A stretch of 60,473 bases of DNA, the filler included. It is 3 parts of 3 records of this genome, joined end to end, with 100 filler letters (N's around TTAATTAATTAA, not from the genome) between each part and the next. Parts side by side here need not be neighbours in the genome. Positions count along the whole stretch, not along the records: positions 20,843 to 47,647 come from DRR723986_1741; positions 47,748 to 60,473 come from DRR723986_1743; 1 more part is not named here. One strand, given 5' to 3'. Below are positions 41,515 through 52,018 of this stretch, piece after piece (position 1 is the stretch's first letter; each line of letters starts with the position of its first letter). The notes beneath the pieces are model-generated. The model made no database searches and had not been told where the DNA came from. It worked only from the letters and a program-made list of their open reading frames with translations. Position numbers and translations under genes: made by a program.

Positions 41515-43353
41515 ATGAATCAAACCGTATCTCAGGCTTTGGCACGAAAATGGCGACCGCGAGACTTTGATTCGCTGGTGGGCCAGGCCCATGTGGTCAA
41601 AGCCCTCTCCCACGCACTCGACAATCAACGCCTTCATCATGCCTACCTGTTCACGGGAACCCGTGGTGTGGGCAAAACCACCATTGCCCGAATTTTGGCC
41701 CGCGCCGTGAACTGCGAGCAGGGCATTGGCCGCACGCCTTGTGGGAAGTGCCAGGCCTGTGTGGAAATCAGCCAGGGTCGTTTTGTCGATTTGCTGGAAG
41801 TGGATGCAGCTACCAACACGCGCGTGGATGAGATGCGTGCCCTGCTCGAGAACGCCATGTATGCGCCTACCGCAGGCCGCTACAAGGTGTATGTCATCGA
41901 CGAAGTGCACATGCTGTCCACCAGTGCGTTCAACGCCATGCTGAAAACGCTGGAAGAGCCACCAGGCCATGTGTTGTTTATTCTGGCCACGACCGACCCG
42001 CAAAAAATACCGGCCACAGTCTTGTCGCGTTGCCTGCAGTTCGCCTTGCGTCAATTGCCGCCCGACCAGCTCGCAGACCACCTGGCTCACATTCTTTCCG
42101 AGGAACAAATTGCCTTTGAGCCGGGTGCGCTGCGCCTCTTGGCCAAGGCCGCGCGCGGCAGTGTACGTGATGCGCTGTCGCTGACCGACCAGGCCATTGC
42201 TTACAGCGCGGGCCATGTGGGTGAGGAAACCGTTCGAACCATGCTGGGCGCCGTGGATCAGCAAGTGGTGCACCAGTTATTGCAAGCCTTGGCTGTTGGC
42301 GATGGCAAGGCATTGCTTGAATTGAGCAATGCGCTGGCCACAGCCAGTGCGCCTTTTGGTGCCATTCTAGATGAACTGGCCGCCGTTGCTTACCGGCTTT
42401 CGGTGGCGCACTTTGCGGGCGGCCTTGATTCCGAGGACCCTGACCAGGCTGCGTTGCAGCACCTGCAAGCTGCCTTTGGTGCTGAAGACCTGCAATTGAT
42501 TTATCAAATTGCCACACATGCTCGGGCTGAATTGCACCTGGCCCCAGAGGAATCCATCGGGTTTTCCATGGCCTTGGTCCGCATGCTGGCCTTCAAGCCA
42601 GGTGGGCACAGCGCTGTGACGCGTTCTGCACCCTTGGCTCCAGCAGCCATCAAAGCGACCGTTCCCCTGTTGGCTGCCAAACCCGCTGCGGCTAAGCCAG
42701 TGGTGGCTGCTGTGCCTGCAATGCCTGTTGAGGTTCCCGCTGAGGTCCCTGCTGCGCCTGTCATGGAGTCGATCACACCCAAGGGCCCATCGCCTGTGCT
42801 TGTGGAGGAATTCGATGAGTCCCCGCCGTGGGACACAGCCGATGATTTGCCGGTCGCCCAATCAAAACCTGTCGTGTCTGCATCAGCAACCGCATCCGAA
42901 TTCAAGCCGCAACCGGTTTATACCCAGTCGGCCAGCGGCGATTTGCCCAGTGCTGCCAACTGGCCGCAAGTATCCCAGGAAGTTCCTGCCAAAGGTTTAA
43001 CACGACAGGCACTGGTACAGGCCGAACTGGTCGAGGCCAGCCGTGATGGCGAAGTGCTGCAAATTGTGTTGCGCACAGCGATCAAGGCTTACACCGAACC
43101 CAGCATGGTGACCCGTCTGGAGGGTGCGCTGGGCCAATACTATGGAACTGCCGTGCGTTTGCAAATGCAGTTTGGCGAGGCTCAGCAAACCGCACACGCA
43201 GTTCAAAGTGAAACCCGCAGGCAAGCTCTGGAAGGGGCCAAGCTGGCTTTACAGGAAGATCCGTTTTTAAAAGACATTCAGAACTTGATGGGCGCAACTG
43301 TGGTCTCAGGTTCAGAACGCACGCTGAGCAACACAGGCCCAGCCGACATTTGA
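41515..43353 (+). CDS. dnaX: DNA polymerase III subunit gamma/tau
   Basis: [16 protein letters not shown], Zn motif, IDEVHML and SRC. Confidence 0.97.
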   Translation: MNQTVSQALARKWRPRDFDSLVGQAHVVKALSHALDNQRLHHAYLFTGTRGVGKTTIARILARAVNCEQGIGRTPCGKCQACVEISQGRFVDLLEVDAATNTRVDEMRALLENAMYAPTAGRYKVYVIDEVHMLSTSAFNAMLKTLEEPPGHVLFILATTDPQKIPATVLSRCLQFALRQLPPDQLADHLAHILSEEQIAFEPGALRLLAKAARGSVRDALSLTDQAIAYSAGHVGEETVRTMLGAVDQQVVHQLLQALAVGDGKALLELSNALATASAPFGAILDELAAVAYRLSVAHFAGGLDSEDPDQAALQHLQAAFGAEDLQLIYQIATHARAELHLAPEESIGFSMALVRMLAFKPGGHSAVTRSAPLAPAAIKATVPLLAAKPAAAKPVVAAVPAMPVEVPAEVPAAPVMESITPKGPSPVLVEEFDESPPWDTADDLPVAQSKPVVSASATASEFKPQPVYTQSASGDLPSAANWPQVSQEVPAKGLTRQALVQAELVEASRDGEVLQIVLRTAIKAYTEPSMVTRLEGALGQYYGTAVRLQMQFGEAQQTAHAVQSETRRQALEGAKLALQEDPFLKDIQNLMGATVVSGSERTLSNTGPADI

Positions 43354-43369
43354 CAGGAGAGATTTCGAC

Positions 43370-43702
43370 ATGAACATGATGAAAGGCCAACTGGCCGGCT
43401 TGATGAAACAAGCCCAGCAAATGCAGGAAAAGATGGCCAAAATGCAGGCCGAGATTGGTGCGCTTGAAGTGGAAGGGCAATCGGGCGGTGGCATGGTGAA
43501 AGTGGTGATGACCTGCAAGCATGACTGCAAGCGCATTACCATTGACCCATCGCTGTTGGGCGAAGACAAGGACATGCTGGAAGACCTCGTGGCCGCGGCC
43601 TTTAACGATGCAGTGCGCAAGGCCGAAGCCACCATGACTGAAAAAATGTCCTCAGTCACGGCCGGTTTCCCAATGCCTCCCGGCTTCAAAATGCCATTTT
43701 AA
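43370..43702 (+). CDS. ybaB: YbaB/EbfC nucleoid-associated protein
   Basis: MKQAQQMQ and [12 protein letters not shown] motifs; dnaX-ybaB-recR order. Confidence 0.96.
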   Translation: MNMMKGQLAGLMKQAQQMQEKMAKMQAEIGALEVEGQSGGGMVKVVMTCKHDCKRITIDPSLLGEDKDMLEDLVAAAFNDAVRKAEATMTEKMSSVTAGFPMPPGFKMPF

Positions 43703-43711
43703 TTAATACCC

Positions 43712-44347
43712 ATGAGCCGTTCCGCGTTTGACGCCTTTGATGGCCTCGACCCCTTGGTTGATCTGGTGCAGGCGCTCAAGCGTTTACCCGGCGTGGGGCC
43801 GAAGTCTGCGCAACGCCTGGCTTTTCATTTGTTGCAAAATGATCGTCAAGCTGCGACTGCGCTTGGCGAATCACTGCTGAAAGCGGTGGCGGAAATACGC
43901 CACTGCAGCATGTGCAACAACTTTTGTCATGCGGATGTGTGCTCTATTTGCAGCGACACCCGCCGCAATCCGGGTTTGTTGTGTGTGGTTGAAACACCTG
44001 CAGACCTCGCTGCCATTGAGGCCACGCAAACCTATCGCGGTTACTACTACGTGCTGATGGGCAGGGCATCGCCCCTGGACGGAGTGCGCCCTGAGTCCTT
44101 GGACTGGCCAAAGCTTAGCCAACGCCTGGACGACAGCGAGGTCAAAGAAGTCATTCTGGCCACCAACTTTACCAACGAGGGTGAGGCCACAGCCGTGTTT
44201 CTCACCGATCGAATTCGCCGCATGGCATTGAAAGTAAGTCGCCTTGCCCGTGGTGTGCCCATTGGCGGTGAGCTTGAATACACCGACCCCAGCACCGTGG
44301 CGCGGGCTTTGTTGGACCGCCGTCAGTTGGGCTCTGACCCGGAATAA
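43712..44347 (+). CDS. recR: Recombination mediator RecR
   Basis: [11 protein letters not shown]hH, C4 zinc finger and [10 protein letters not shown]. Confidence 0.97.
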   Translation: MSRSAFDAFDGLDPLVDLVQALKRLPGVGPKSAQRLAFHLLQNDRQAATALGESLLKAVAEIRHCSMCNNFCHADVCSICSDTRRNPGLLCVVETPADLAAIEATQTYRGYYYVLMGRASPLDGVRPESLDWPKLSQRLDDSEVKEVILATNFTNEGEATAVFLTDRIRRMALKVSRLARGVPIGGELEYTDPSTVARALLDRRQLGSDPE

Positions 44348-44374
44348 CTCTTTTATTTTTGCCAGCGGCTTTCC

Positions 44375-45595
44375 ATGACCAATCCTTCTGAGCAATCTTC
44401 CACCACCAACCTTGGTCCTTTGGCAGGCATCCGTGTGCTTGAATTGGGGTCACTGATTGCCGGGCCTTTTGCGAGCCGAATGCTTGGCGAATTTGGTGCC
44501 GAAGTCATCAAGGTTGAAACCCCGGGCAGTGGCGATCCGATTCGCAAATGGCGCGTGCTGCACGAGGGCAATTCCCTGTGGTGGGCTGTGCAGGCCCGCA
44601 ACAAGAAATCAATTACCCTGAATTTAAAAGCCGAAGAAGGGCTGGCTGTATTGCGCAAGCTGATCGAGAGCGCCGACATGCTGGTGGAAAATTTCCGCCC
44701 AGGCCAACTCGAAAAGTGGGGCTTGAGTCCCGAACAACTGCAGGCCATGAACCCGGGCCTGATTGTGGTTCGCTTGAGCGGCTATGGTCAAACTGGCCCC
44801 TACAAAGACCGCCCCGGTTTTGGTGCGATTGCGGAATCGATTGGGGGCATGCGGTTTTTAAGCGGTGACACTGATCGCCCACCAGTGCGTGTGGGGATTT
44901 CGATTGGCGATTCACTGGCTGGTTTGCATGCGGTAATTGGCGCGCTGTTGGCTTTGCAACACCGCCACAAAACAGGCAAGGGGCAGGTTGTGGACGTGGC
45001 CCTGTACGAGTCGGTGTTTAACATGATGGAAAGCCTGTTGCCTGAATATGACTTTGCAGGTGTGGTGCGCAAGCGCTCGGGGGCCAGCTTGCCAGGCATT
45101 GTGCCGTCGAACACCTACACTTGCGGATGCGGCGGATTCATTGTGATTGGTGGCAATGGTGATGCCATTTTCAAGCGCCTGATGGTGGCAATTGGTCGAA
45201 GCGATTTCGCGGAGAACCCTGACATGGCCAGCAACGATGGCAGAGTTCGCCACACCGAGTTGATTGACAACACCATTGCCCAGTGGTGCAAGGAACGCAG
45301 CATTGATGAGGCACTTGAGGTGCTCGAAAACGCCGACGTGCCAGTCAGCAAAATTTACAGCATTGAAGACATTGTGCGCGACCCGCAATTTGCTGCACGC
45401 GGCATGATTGAAGAACATGCCTTTGGCGATGACCGTACTTTGAAAGTGCCGGGCATTGTGCCCAAGCTAAGCGACACGCCGGGGCAAACCCGTTGGCTTG
45501 GGCCCAAGCTGGGTGAGCACAACGAGCAAGTGTTGGCGGGGCTGGGTTATTCGGCTGAAGAGATTCAGCAGATGAAGGATGGTGGGGTGATTTGA
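44375..45595 (+). CDS. CaiB/BaiF class III CoA transferase
   Basis: GAEVIKVE, RNKKSITLNL, ENFRPG and SGYGQTGPY motifs. Confidence 0.94.
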   Translation: MTNPSEQSSTTNLGPLAGIRVLELGSLIAGPFASRMLGEFGAEVIKVETPGSGDPIRKWRVLHEGNSLWWAVQARNKKSITLNLKAEEGLAVLRKLIESADMLVENFRPGQLEKWGLSPEQLQAMNPGLIVVRLSGYGQTGPYKDRPGFGAIAESIGGMRFLSGDTDRPPVRVGISIGDSLAGLHAVIGALLALQHRHKTGKGQVVDVALYESVFNMMESLLPEYDFAGVVRKRSGASLPGIVPSNTYTCGCGGFIVIGGNGDAIFKRLMVAIGRSDFAENPDMASNDGRVRHTELIDNTIAQWCKERSIDEALEVLENADVPVSKIYSIEDIVRDPQFAARGMIEEHAFGDDRTLKVPGIVPKLSDTPGQTRWLGPKLGEHNEQVLAGLGYSAEEIQQMKDGGVI

Positions 45596-45646
45596 ATTGT
45601 GGGGAGTTGATGCGATGCTGCTGCAAATCTGCGCCTCACCAACACC

Positions 45647-46597
45647 TCACGCTTTCAACAACCCATCCAGCGTAACCGAATCTTTCACAAACGCCCGAAT
45701 GCCTTCCGCCAGTTTCTCAGTGCCCATGGCATCGGCATTCAGTTCAAAGCGAAAAGCCGCTTCGCCGTCGGGGAATGTTTCACGTGGCTGTGCAAGTGCC
45801 CAATCAATGCCCAAGTCAACCTTCAGTGGTGCATCGTCCGCCCGCAGCTCAGCCAACAATTCAGGGCTGATGGTGAGCAGGTCGCAACCCGCAAGCGCCT
45901 TGATTTGTCCTGCATTGCGAAAGCTGGCGCCCATCACCTCTGTGCGAATTTCATTCTGTTTGTAATAGGCATAAATGCGGCGTACCGATTGCACGCCGGG
46001 GTCGTTCACGCCCGCATTGGCCGCCTCATCCCAATTGCTGCCGGCCGATTTTTTGTACCAGTCATAAATTCGACCCACAAAAGGTGAAATCAATTGAACA
46101 CCGGCTTTGGCGCAAGCATGCGCCTGAATGGGCGAGAACAGGAGTGTGAGGTTGCAATGAATACCCTCGGCTTCAAGAATCCTGGCTGCTTGAATACCCT
46201 CCCAGGTGGAGGCGATTTTGATCAACAGGCGTTTTTCAGTGTCGATACCTTCGGCTCGGTACAGGGATACGATTCGCTTGGCGCGGGCAATGGTGGCCTC
46301 CGTGTCGAAGCTTAGCCTTGCGTCCACTTCCGTTGAAACACGACCAGGAATGATTTTCAGGATTTCAGTGCCGAATGCCACCAGCAGACGATCCGTTTGC
46401 AGTTCAAGCGGCTCATGGCCATACGCAATCTTGATCTGCTCCAGCAGTGGCAAATATTGTGGTTTTTGAACTGCTTTTAAAATCAGCGACGGGTTGGTGG
46501 TGGCGTCTTGGGGAAGAAAGGCGGCCATGGCCTGAAAATCACCCGTATCAGCCACCACAGTGGTGGCTTGTTTCAATTGTTCTAATGCGTTGCTCAT
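45647..46597 (-). CDS. tal: Transaldolase
   Basis: [29 protein letters not shown] and ISPFVGRI motifs. Confidence 0.97.
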   Translation of the reverse strand: MSNALEQLKQATTVVADTGDFQAMAAFLPQDATTNPSLILKAVQKPQYLPLLEQIKIAYGHEPLELQTDRLLVAFGTEILKIIPGRVSTEVDARLSFDTEATIARAKRIVSLYRAEGIDTEKRLLIKIASTWEGIQAARILEAEGIHCNLTLLFSPIQAHACAKAGVQLISPFVGRIYDWYKKSAGSNWDEAANAGVNDPGVQSVRRIYAYYKQNEIRTEVMGASFRNAGQIKALAGCDLLTISPELLAELRADDAPLKVDLGIDWALAQPRETFPDGEAAFRFELNADAMGTEKLAEGIRAFVKDSVTLDGLLKA

Positions 46598-46726
46598 GTC
46601 TTGATGGTTGTGAAAATTCAACGAAGTACGCTTCAGTATAGGCTTTTAAGGCATTTATTTGATCAATGAAATAGTATCCTTTGAACAGGAATAAAAAAAA
46701 CACAACAAACTCAATGAGTACTTGCC

Positions 46727-47080
46727 ATGTATTCTGAACAAGAATTGGAACAACAACCCTTGATTGATGATGATCAATGGGGACGCCTCGAGAATGAACT
46801 GGGGCTTGAAATGCTGCAGGAGTTTGCAGCGGAGTTTTTTGAGGAAACCCGCGAAATCTGGTTCGTACCCGGTTTCGATCCTTTTTCGATGGATGAGAAG
46901 GCATTTAAATCGATGGCACACCGCAGCGCGGGGGCGGCGGGCACTATCGGCTTTAAAAAACTGAGGTTTGCTTTTCTGTGCATGGAGCACAACCCGCTGG
47001 GGGAGGCAACTCTGCGTTACTTGTCAGCCATGGGTGCCGTTTTTCAATCGACCCAGGACTGGGTTAAAAGCAAACAATAA
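46727..47080 (+). CDS. Stand-alone Hpt (histidine phosphotransfer) domain protein
   Basis: LIDDDQWGRL start, acidic helices, AHRSAGAAGTIG resembling the Hpt His box. Confidence 0.65.
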   Translation: MYSEQELEQQPLIDDDQWGRLENELGLEMLQEFAAEFFEETREIWFVPGFDPFSMDEKAFKSMAHRSAGAAGTIGFKKLRFAFLCMEHNPLGEATLRYLSAMGAVFQSTQDWVKSKQ

Positions 47081-47083
47081 ATC

Positions 47084-47587
47084 ATGCAATATTCTTCAGC
47101 ACGACCCTGGGCAGGCCTTGGCCTGGCAATAAGTCTTGGTGCGCTGGGTGCGGCACTTTTCTTTCAAATCAGCAAAGAATGGTTTCCATGCCCTTTGTGC
47201 ATCATTCAGCGTTATGCCTACATTGCAACTGCCCTGGGTTTTCTTGGCATTGCTTTGACCAGCCGAAAGAGCATGTGGTCAGCGGTGTTCGTGATGTTGG
47301 CGCTGCTTGGCTTTGCAGGAGGTGCGGGTGTGGCTTTCTACCATGTGTGGGTGTTGTCCAACCCGGCTCAGACCTGTGGTGTAGACCCGCTACAAAACAC
47401 CTTGAATGCATTGCCCTGGGTGCAGTACTGGCCAGACATGTTCATGGCCGACGGTTTGTGTACCGATGACTACCCGCCCCTGTGGGGCCTGTCATTGCCC
47501 ATGTGGAGTGGGGTGGGTTTTCTGGCGCAAGGCCTTGTGCTGTTGATCGCCGTTCGTGCCAGGCAGTACGTTAAAGGCTCATGGTGA
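47084..47587 (+). CDS. dsbB: Disulfide bond formation protein B
   Basis: PCPLCIIQR, second Cys pair, GLSLPMWS, four TM helices. Confidence 0.92.
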   Translation: MQYSSARPWAGLGLAISLGALGAALFFQISKEWFPCPLCIIQRYAYIATALGFLGIALTSRKSMWSAVFVMLALLGFAGGAGVAFYHVWVLSNPAQTCGVDPLQNTLNALPWVQYWPDMFMADGLCTDDYPPLWGLSLPMWSGVGFLAQGLVLLIAVRARQYVKGSW

Positions 47588-47647
47588 TTGGGTTGGCCAG
47601 GGTCACCCAGTTTTGGGTACTTTGGCTGGCCTGCTGTTTTCTTTCCA

Positions 47648-47747
47648 NNNNNNNNNNNNNNNNNNNNNNNNNNNNNNNNNNNNNNNNNNNNTTAATTAAT
47701 TAANNNNNNNNNNNNNNNNNNNNNNNNNNNNNNNNNNNNNNNNNNNN
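47648..47747. other. Artificial contig linker
   Basis: 44 N + TTAATTAATTAA + 44 N. Confidence 0.99.
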
Positions 47748-48872
47748 GTCGTTCGGGCAGTCCAGCCGGATCGAGAAGCCGTCCTCGTAGCCCGCTTCGG
47801 CCAGCAGCGCCTTGGCGCCCTCGATGTCGGTCGAGGATTCGGCGTCCATCTCGGCGGTCCAGCCGTTGACGAAGGGCGGCGCGATCATGCCCGCCGGGAT
47901 CGACTGGCCGCGCATGACGACCTGCTGGATCGCATCGCGGTTGATCGCCATCGACATGGCCTTGCGCACGCGCACGTCGGCCAGCGGGTTCTTTCCGTCG
48001 ACGTTGTCGCCCTCGATGTCCTCGGCGCCCATGTTCAGGCCGAAGAAGATCACCCGGTTCTGCGGCGCCTGCTTGACGGTCAGCCCCTCGGCGTTCTTGA
48101 CCCGGTCGAGATCCTGCACCGGCATGTCCTGAAGGAAATCCACCTCGCCCGACAGCATCGCGGCGACGCGGGTCGCGGCGTTCTGGATCGGGGTGTAGAC
48201 GATTTCCGTCACCTGCATCGGGAACTGGTCGCGGCCCCAATACTCTTCGTTGATGGTCATGACGGTCTTCACGTCGGGCTCGCGGCTGGCCAGCTTGTAG
48301 GGACCGGTGCCGTTGACGTTCGTGGTGGCAAAGGTGATCTCGCCGCCCTCGAAATCCTGCACCTCGGCGGTATCGTTGGCCTCGGCCCAGCCCTTGTCCA
48401 TGATGAAGAGGTTGGTCAGGTTCGACGGCAGGATCGGGTTCGGCCCTTCGGTGACCATCTCGACGGTGTAATCGTCGACCGCGCGCACCTCGGTGATGGA
48501 GCCGATCAGCTCCTTCATGTCGGAATTCGGCTGCTTGGCGCGGTTGAAGCTGAAGACCACGTCCTCGGCGGTGAATTCCGCGCCGTCGTGGAATGTGACG
48601 CCCTCGCGCAGCTTGAAGACCCAGACGGTCGGATCGCCCTCTTTCGGCGCCCATTCGGTCGCCAGCGCCGGCTCGAAGGCGCCGGTCACGTCGCGGATGA
48701 TCAGCGGCTCGTACATCTGGTGGCGGATGGTGTGGGTCGGCCCCTCGTTCTGGGCGTGCGGGTCCAAAGTCAGCGCATCCCCGGCGCGCGCCCAGCGAAG
48801 CGTCTCGGCCCCCAGCGGAACCGTCGTCGCCATGAGGGCGCCGATCATGGAAAGGGCAAAAGTCGTCTTCAT
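47748..48872 (-). CDS. Family 5 (peptide/nickel) ABC substrate-binding protein, 3' part lost at contig end
   Basis: Signal peptide MKTTFALS; TLDPHAQNE, FKLREGVTFHDG and NGTGPY motifs; AGGGAG RBS. Confidence 0.92.
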
Positions 48873-49024
48873 CGTGATCTCCCTGTCTGTCGCTTTTTTG
48901 TGCAACTGAGAGACAGTCTTTGCAATTCCGCCGGGGATGACAAGAGCCGCCCGCCACGACGTCCCGTCGCGACGGGTGCCGCAAGCCCGGGCCGAGGGCT
49001 GCGGGATGGCCGGGCGGGTCCCGA

Positions 49025-49792
49025 TCAGGCCAGCATCTGGCCGTCCCCGCAGACCGACACCGCCTGACCCGAGATGGTGCGCCCGCGCGGGCTGGTCAGG
49101 AACAGGATCTGGTCCGCGATCTGCTCTGGCAGGACGTAATCCTTGATCGAGGTGTAGGAAAAGGCCTCGGCCTCGACCTGCTCGAAGCTCAGGCCCCGGC
49201 GCTGCGCCTTGGCCTCCAGCACCCGGCGCTGGCGGTCGCCCGCCACGATGCCGGGGAGCACGGCGTTGCAGCGGATGCCGTCGCGGCCCAGCTCGATCGA
49301 CAGTGACTTGGTAAAGCCGATCACCCCCCATTTCGCCGCCGCGTAGGGGGTGCGCAGGGCAAAGCCCAGCCGCCCCGCGAGCGAGGACAGGTTGACGATG
49401 GAGGCGTTCCCGCTTTCCCGCAGCGCCGGGACCGCGTGGCGCACGCAGTGGAATTGCGAGGTCAGGCAGATGGCCAGCGTGGCGTCCCAATCTGCCGGGT
49501 CCAGTTCCTCGACCGGGCCGGTGGGTCCGGCGATGCCTGCGTTGTTCACGAGGATGTCGAGCCCGCCCAGATGCGCCTGCGCCGCTGCCATGAAGCCCGC
49601 GATCTGGCCCGCGTCGCCCATGTCGGCGCGCTGGCGAAAGACCTCTGCGGGCAGGGTGTCGAGCGCGGCCTCGTCGATGTCGCAGGTCGCCACGCGGGCG
49701 CCCTCGGCAAGGTATGCGTCGACCACGGCGCGGCCGATGCCCTGCGCGCCGGCGGTCACGATGACGCGCGCGCCCTCCAGGTCCAGTTTCAT
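49025..49792 (-). CDS. Short-chain dehydrogenase/reductase
   Basis: TAGAQGIG, NNAG and YAAAK motifs; ATGA overlap with the gntR stop. Confidence 0.93.
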   Translation of the reverse strand: MKLDLEGARVIVTAGAQGIGRAVVDAYLAEGARVATCDIDEAALDTLPAEVFRQRADMGDAGQIAGFMAAAQAHLGGLDILVNNAGIAGPTGPVEELDPADWDATLAICLTSQFHCVRHAVPALRESGNASIVNLSSLAGRLGFALRTPYAAAKWGVIGFTKSLSIELGRDGIRCNAVLPGIVAGDRQRRVLEAKAQRRGLSFEQVEAEAFSYTSIKDYVLPEQIADQILFLTSPRGRTISGQAVSVCGDGQMLA

Positions 49793-50529
49793 GTGATGAT
49801 CCTCCTGCGATTGTCGTCCGTTTCGACGCCGCCATGGGCGCGGATAAGCTCCGAGGCCACCCGGATGTCCGCGGCGATGGCCTTTGCCGCCGTGTCGCCG
49901 TCGCGGTCGCGCAGCGCCTCGCAAAGCATCCGGTGATGGGCGCGGGAATGGTGGCTGCGCGAGCGTTCGGCGTCTTCGGTCGCCGTGGCGCCGGTGTCGA
50001 CGCCGATGTCGAAGTTGATCACCGGCCCGGCCTTCAGCCACAGCACGGTGATAAGCTCCATCAGGGCCGGGGACCGCGCGGCGCGATAGACGGCGAAGTG
50101 CAGGTCCTTGTTCGCGGCCACCGCGGCGGCGCTGCCATAGGCGCGGTCCAGCACCTCTTCGAACCGCTCCGCCAGGGCGGTGATCTGCGTGACCTCGGCC
50201 GGTGTCGCGCGCTCTGCCGCCAGACGGGCGGCCTGCCCCTCGTTCAGCATCCGCACCATGGTCAGATCGGCGAATTCCGCCGCCGTCATCAGCGGCACCA
50301 TGACCGCGCGCTTGGGCGAAACCTCCAGCGCACCGCTGGCCGCGAGGCGACTCACCGCCTCGCGCACGGGCATCATGGAGACCTCGAGCCGTTCCGACAG
50401 ATCGCGCAGCGACAGCCGGTCGCGCGGGCGCAGGGCGCCAGCCAGTAGCATCTCGCTCAGCGTGTCAAACACCTGTTCCGAAAGGGTTTGTCGGCGGGCG
50501 GGCTCTATGCGGTCAAGCGGCTGGGTCAT
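49789..50529 (-). CDS. GntR/FCD-family transcriptional regulator
   Basis: LSERLEVSMMPVREA wHTH; NKDLHFAVY...HRML FCD domain. Confidence 0.93.
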   Translation of the reverse strand: MTQPLDRIEPARRQTLSEQVFDTLSEMLLAGALRPRDRLSLRDLSERLEVSMMPVREAVSRLAASGALEVSPKRAVMVPLMTAAEFADLTMVRMLNEGQAARLAAERATPAEVTQITALAERFEEVLDRAYGSAAAVAANKDLHFAVYRAARSPALMELITVLWLKAGPVINFDIGVDTGATATEDAERSRSHHSRAHHRMLCEALRDRDGDTAAKAIAADIRVASELIRAHGGVETDDNRRRIIT

Positions 50530-50572
50530 GATCTTTCTTAACGTCTGTTGACACCTTCACGGCCAATCTGCA

Positions 50573-50593
50573 ACTGTGATCTCAGATCACAGT
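50573..50593. promoter_or_regulatory. Putative GntR operator
   Basis: Perfect inverted repeat ACTGTGATC-TCA-GATCACAGT in the divergent intergenic region, just downstream of TTGACA (50548-50553). Confidence 0.7.
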
Positions 50594-50706
50594 AGATCGG
50601 TCTGCACTGCAAGTCTTGATCCACCGGCGGAGGAGGAAAGTCAGCCGGAAAGATCGACGGGCCGGTCGGGTGTGGTTCTCGGGCACATGTTCCAGGGAGG
50701 AATACC

Positions 50707-51951
50707 ATGAAAACGACCATGACGAACCGCAGGGGCTTCCTGCGGGCGGGTGCGGCTGGCCTTGCGCTTGGTGTCGCGGCCCCGGCCTACCTTCGTGCGC
50801 AGGGCGCACCGCTGAAGATCGGCCACCTGACGCCGACCACCGGCTTCCTCGGGCCGCTTGGCGAATACGCGCAGATGGGCATCAAGCTGGCGGTGGAGCA
50901 CATCAACGCCAACGGCGGCGCCGGCGGGCGGCAGGTCGAACTGGTCATGGAAGACAGCGTCAACCCGCAGACCGCCTCGACCAAGGCCGAACGCATGTTC
51001 GAGCGCGATCAGGTCGACATGATCATCGGCGAGATTTCCTCGGCCTCCTGCCTGACCATCTCTCAGGTCGCCGCGCGCTACGGCAAGGTCTTCGTCAACA
51101 CCGGCGGCAACTCTGACTCGCTGCGCGGGCAGGACTGCAACCGCTACATGTTCCACGTCGAGACGCAGAACTCGATGTACGTGAACGCCGAAGGCCAGTT
51201 CTTCAAGACGCAGGACATGGTCGACGGCAAGAACTGGTACATGATGACGGCGGACTACGCCTTCGGCCACGACCTGCTGGCGGCGGCCAAGGCCTTCCTC
51301 GACTCGAACGGCGGCCAGATCGCGGGCGAGGACCTCGTGCCCACGGACGCCACCGACTTCTCGTCCTACATGCTGAAGATCCGTCAGGCAGAGCCGGACG
51401 TGGTGGCGCTGAACCTCGCAGGCACGCAGATCACCAACTTCTTCAAGCAATACGGCGAATTCGGGCTGGACTTCACCCTTGGCGGCTTCGGCTTCGACAC
51501 CGTGTCCGCCTGGGCGGCGGGCGCGCAGAACTTCCGCGGCACATGGCCGAACGTCTGGAACCACCTCGTGCAGAACGACGCGAGCCAGGCCTTCGTGCAG
51601 GCCTTCACCGAGGCCTACGGCAAGCCGCCGGAGAACCAGGCGTGGGGTGATTACAACGCGGGTCTCATCATGGCCAAGGCCGTGGCAGAGACGGGGGATG
51701 CGGGCGGCGATGCCCTTGTCGGTTACCTCGAAAGCGACGGGGCCAAGTTCGACCTGATGAAGAACCGTCAGGGCTATTTCCGCCCCTCGGATCACCAGCT
51801 GATCCAGGAGATCTACGCGATCACCGCGCTGCCGGCCTCCGAGGTGCAGAACGAGTACGACATCTTCACCACCTCCGAGCCGCTGCCGGGGTCCGACGAG
51901 CCGCTCGAGACGCTGGCGCAAAGCGTCACCGGCGGCACCTGCTCGCTCTGA
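50707..51951 (+). CDS. Branched-chain amino acid-type (LivJ/K fold) ABC substrate-binding protein, Tat-exported
   Basis: NRRGFL twin-Arg signal; KIGHLTPTTG, IIGEISSA and DYAFG motifs; GGAGG RBS. Confidence 0.93.
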   Translation: MKTTMTNRRGFLRAGAAGLALGVAAPAYLRAQGAPLKIGHLTPTTGFLGPLGEYAQMGIKLAVEHINANGGAGGRQVELVMEDSVNPQTASTKAERMFERDQVDMIIGEISSASCLTISQVAARYGKVFVNTGGNSDSLRGQDCNRYMFHVETQNSMYVNAEGQFFKTQDMVDGKNWYMMTADYAFGHDLLAAAKAFLDSNGGQIAGEDLVPTDATDFSSYMLKIRQAEPDVVALNLAGTQITNFFKQYGEFGLDFTLGGFGFDTVSAWAAGAQNFRGTWPNVWNHLVQNDASQAFVQAFTEAYGKPPENQAWGDYNAGLIMAKAVAETGDAGGDALVGYLESDGAKFDLMKNRQGYFRPSDHQLIQEIYAITALPASEVQNEYDIFTTSEPLPGSDEPLETLAQSVTGGTCSL

Positions 51952-51958
51952 ACCATCC

Positions 51959-51982
51959 GGGCGGGGCGTCTGCGTCCCGCCC
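51959..51982 (+). terminator. GC-rich stem-loop after the binding-protein gene (mRNA stabiliser or partial terminator)
   Basis: GGGCGGGGCG-TCTG-CGTCCCGCCC with no U-tract. Confidence 0.45.
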
Positions 51983-52018
51983 GCCTGACCAAGAACAAAT
52001 GGGGGGAGATGCACCGCC

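Noticed and set aside
43266..43272. Slippery heptamer T-TTA-AAA in dnaX as a gamma/tau frameshift site
   Set aside because: It lies about 27 codons from the stop, far past the domain III boundary where gamma-generating shifts occur, and no stimulatory element is evident.
47700..49835. 711-aa ORF suggesting a large N-terminal extension on the peptide-binding protein
   Set aside because: The real start is the signal peptide at 48872 with its own RBS; the upstream part is an off-frame read of the SDR gene.
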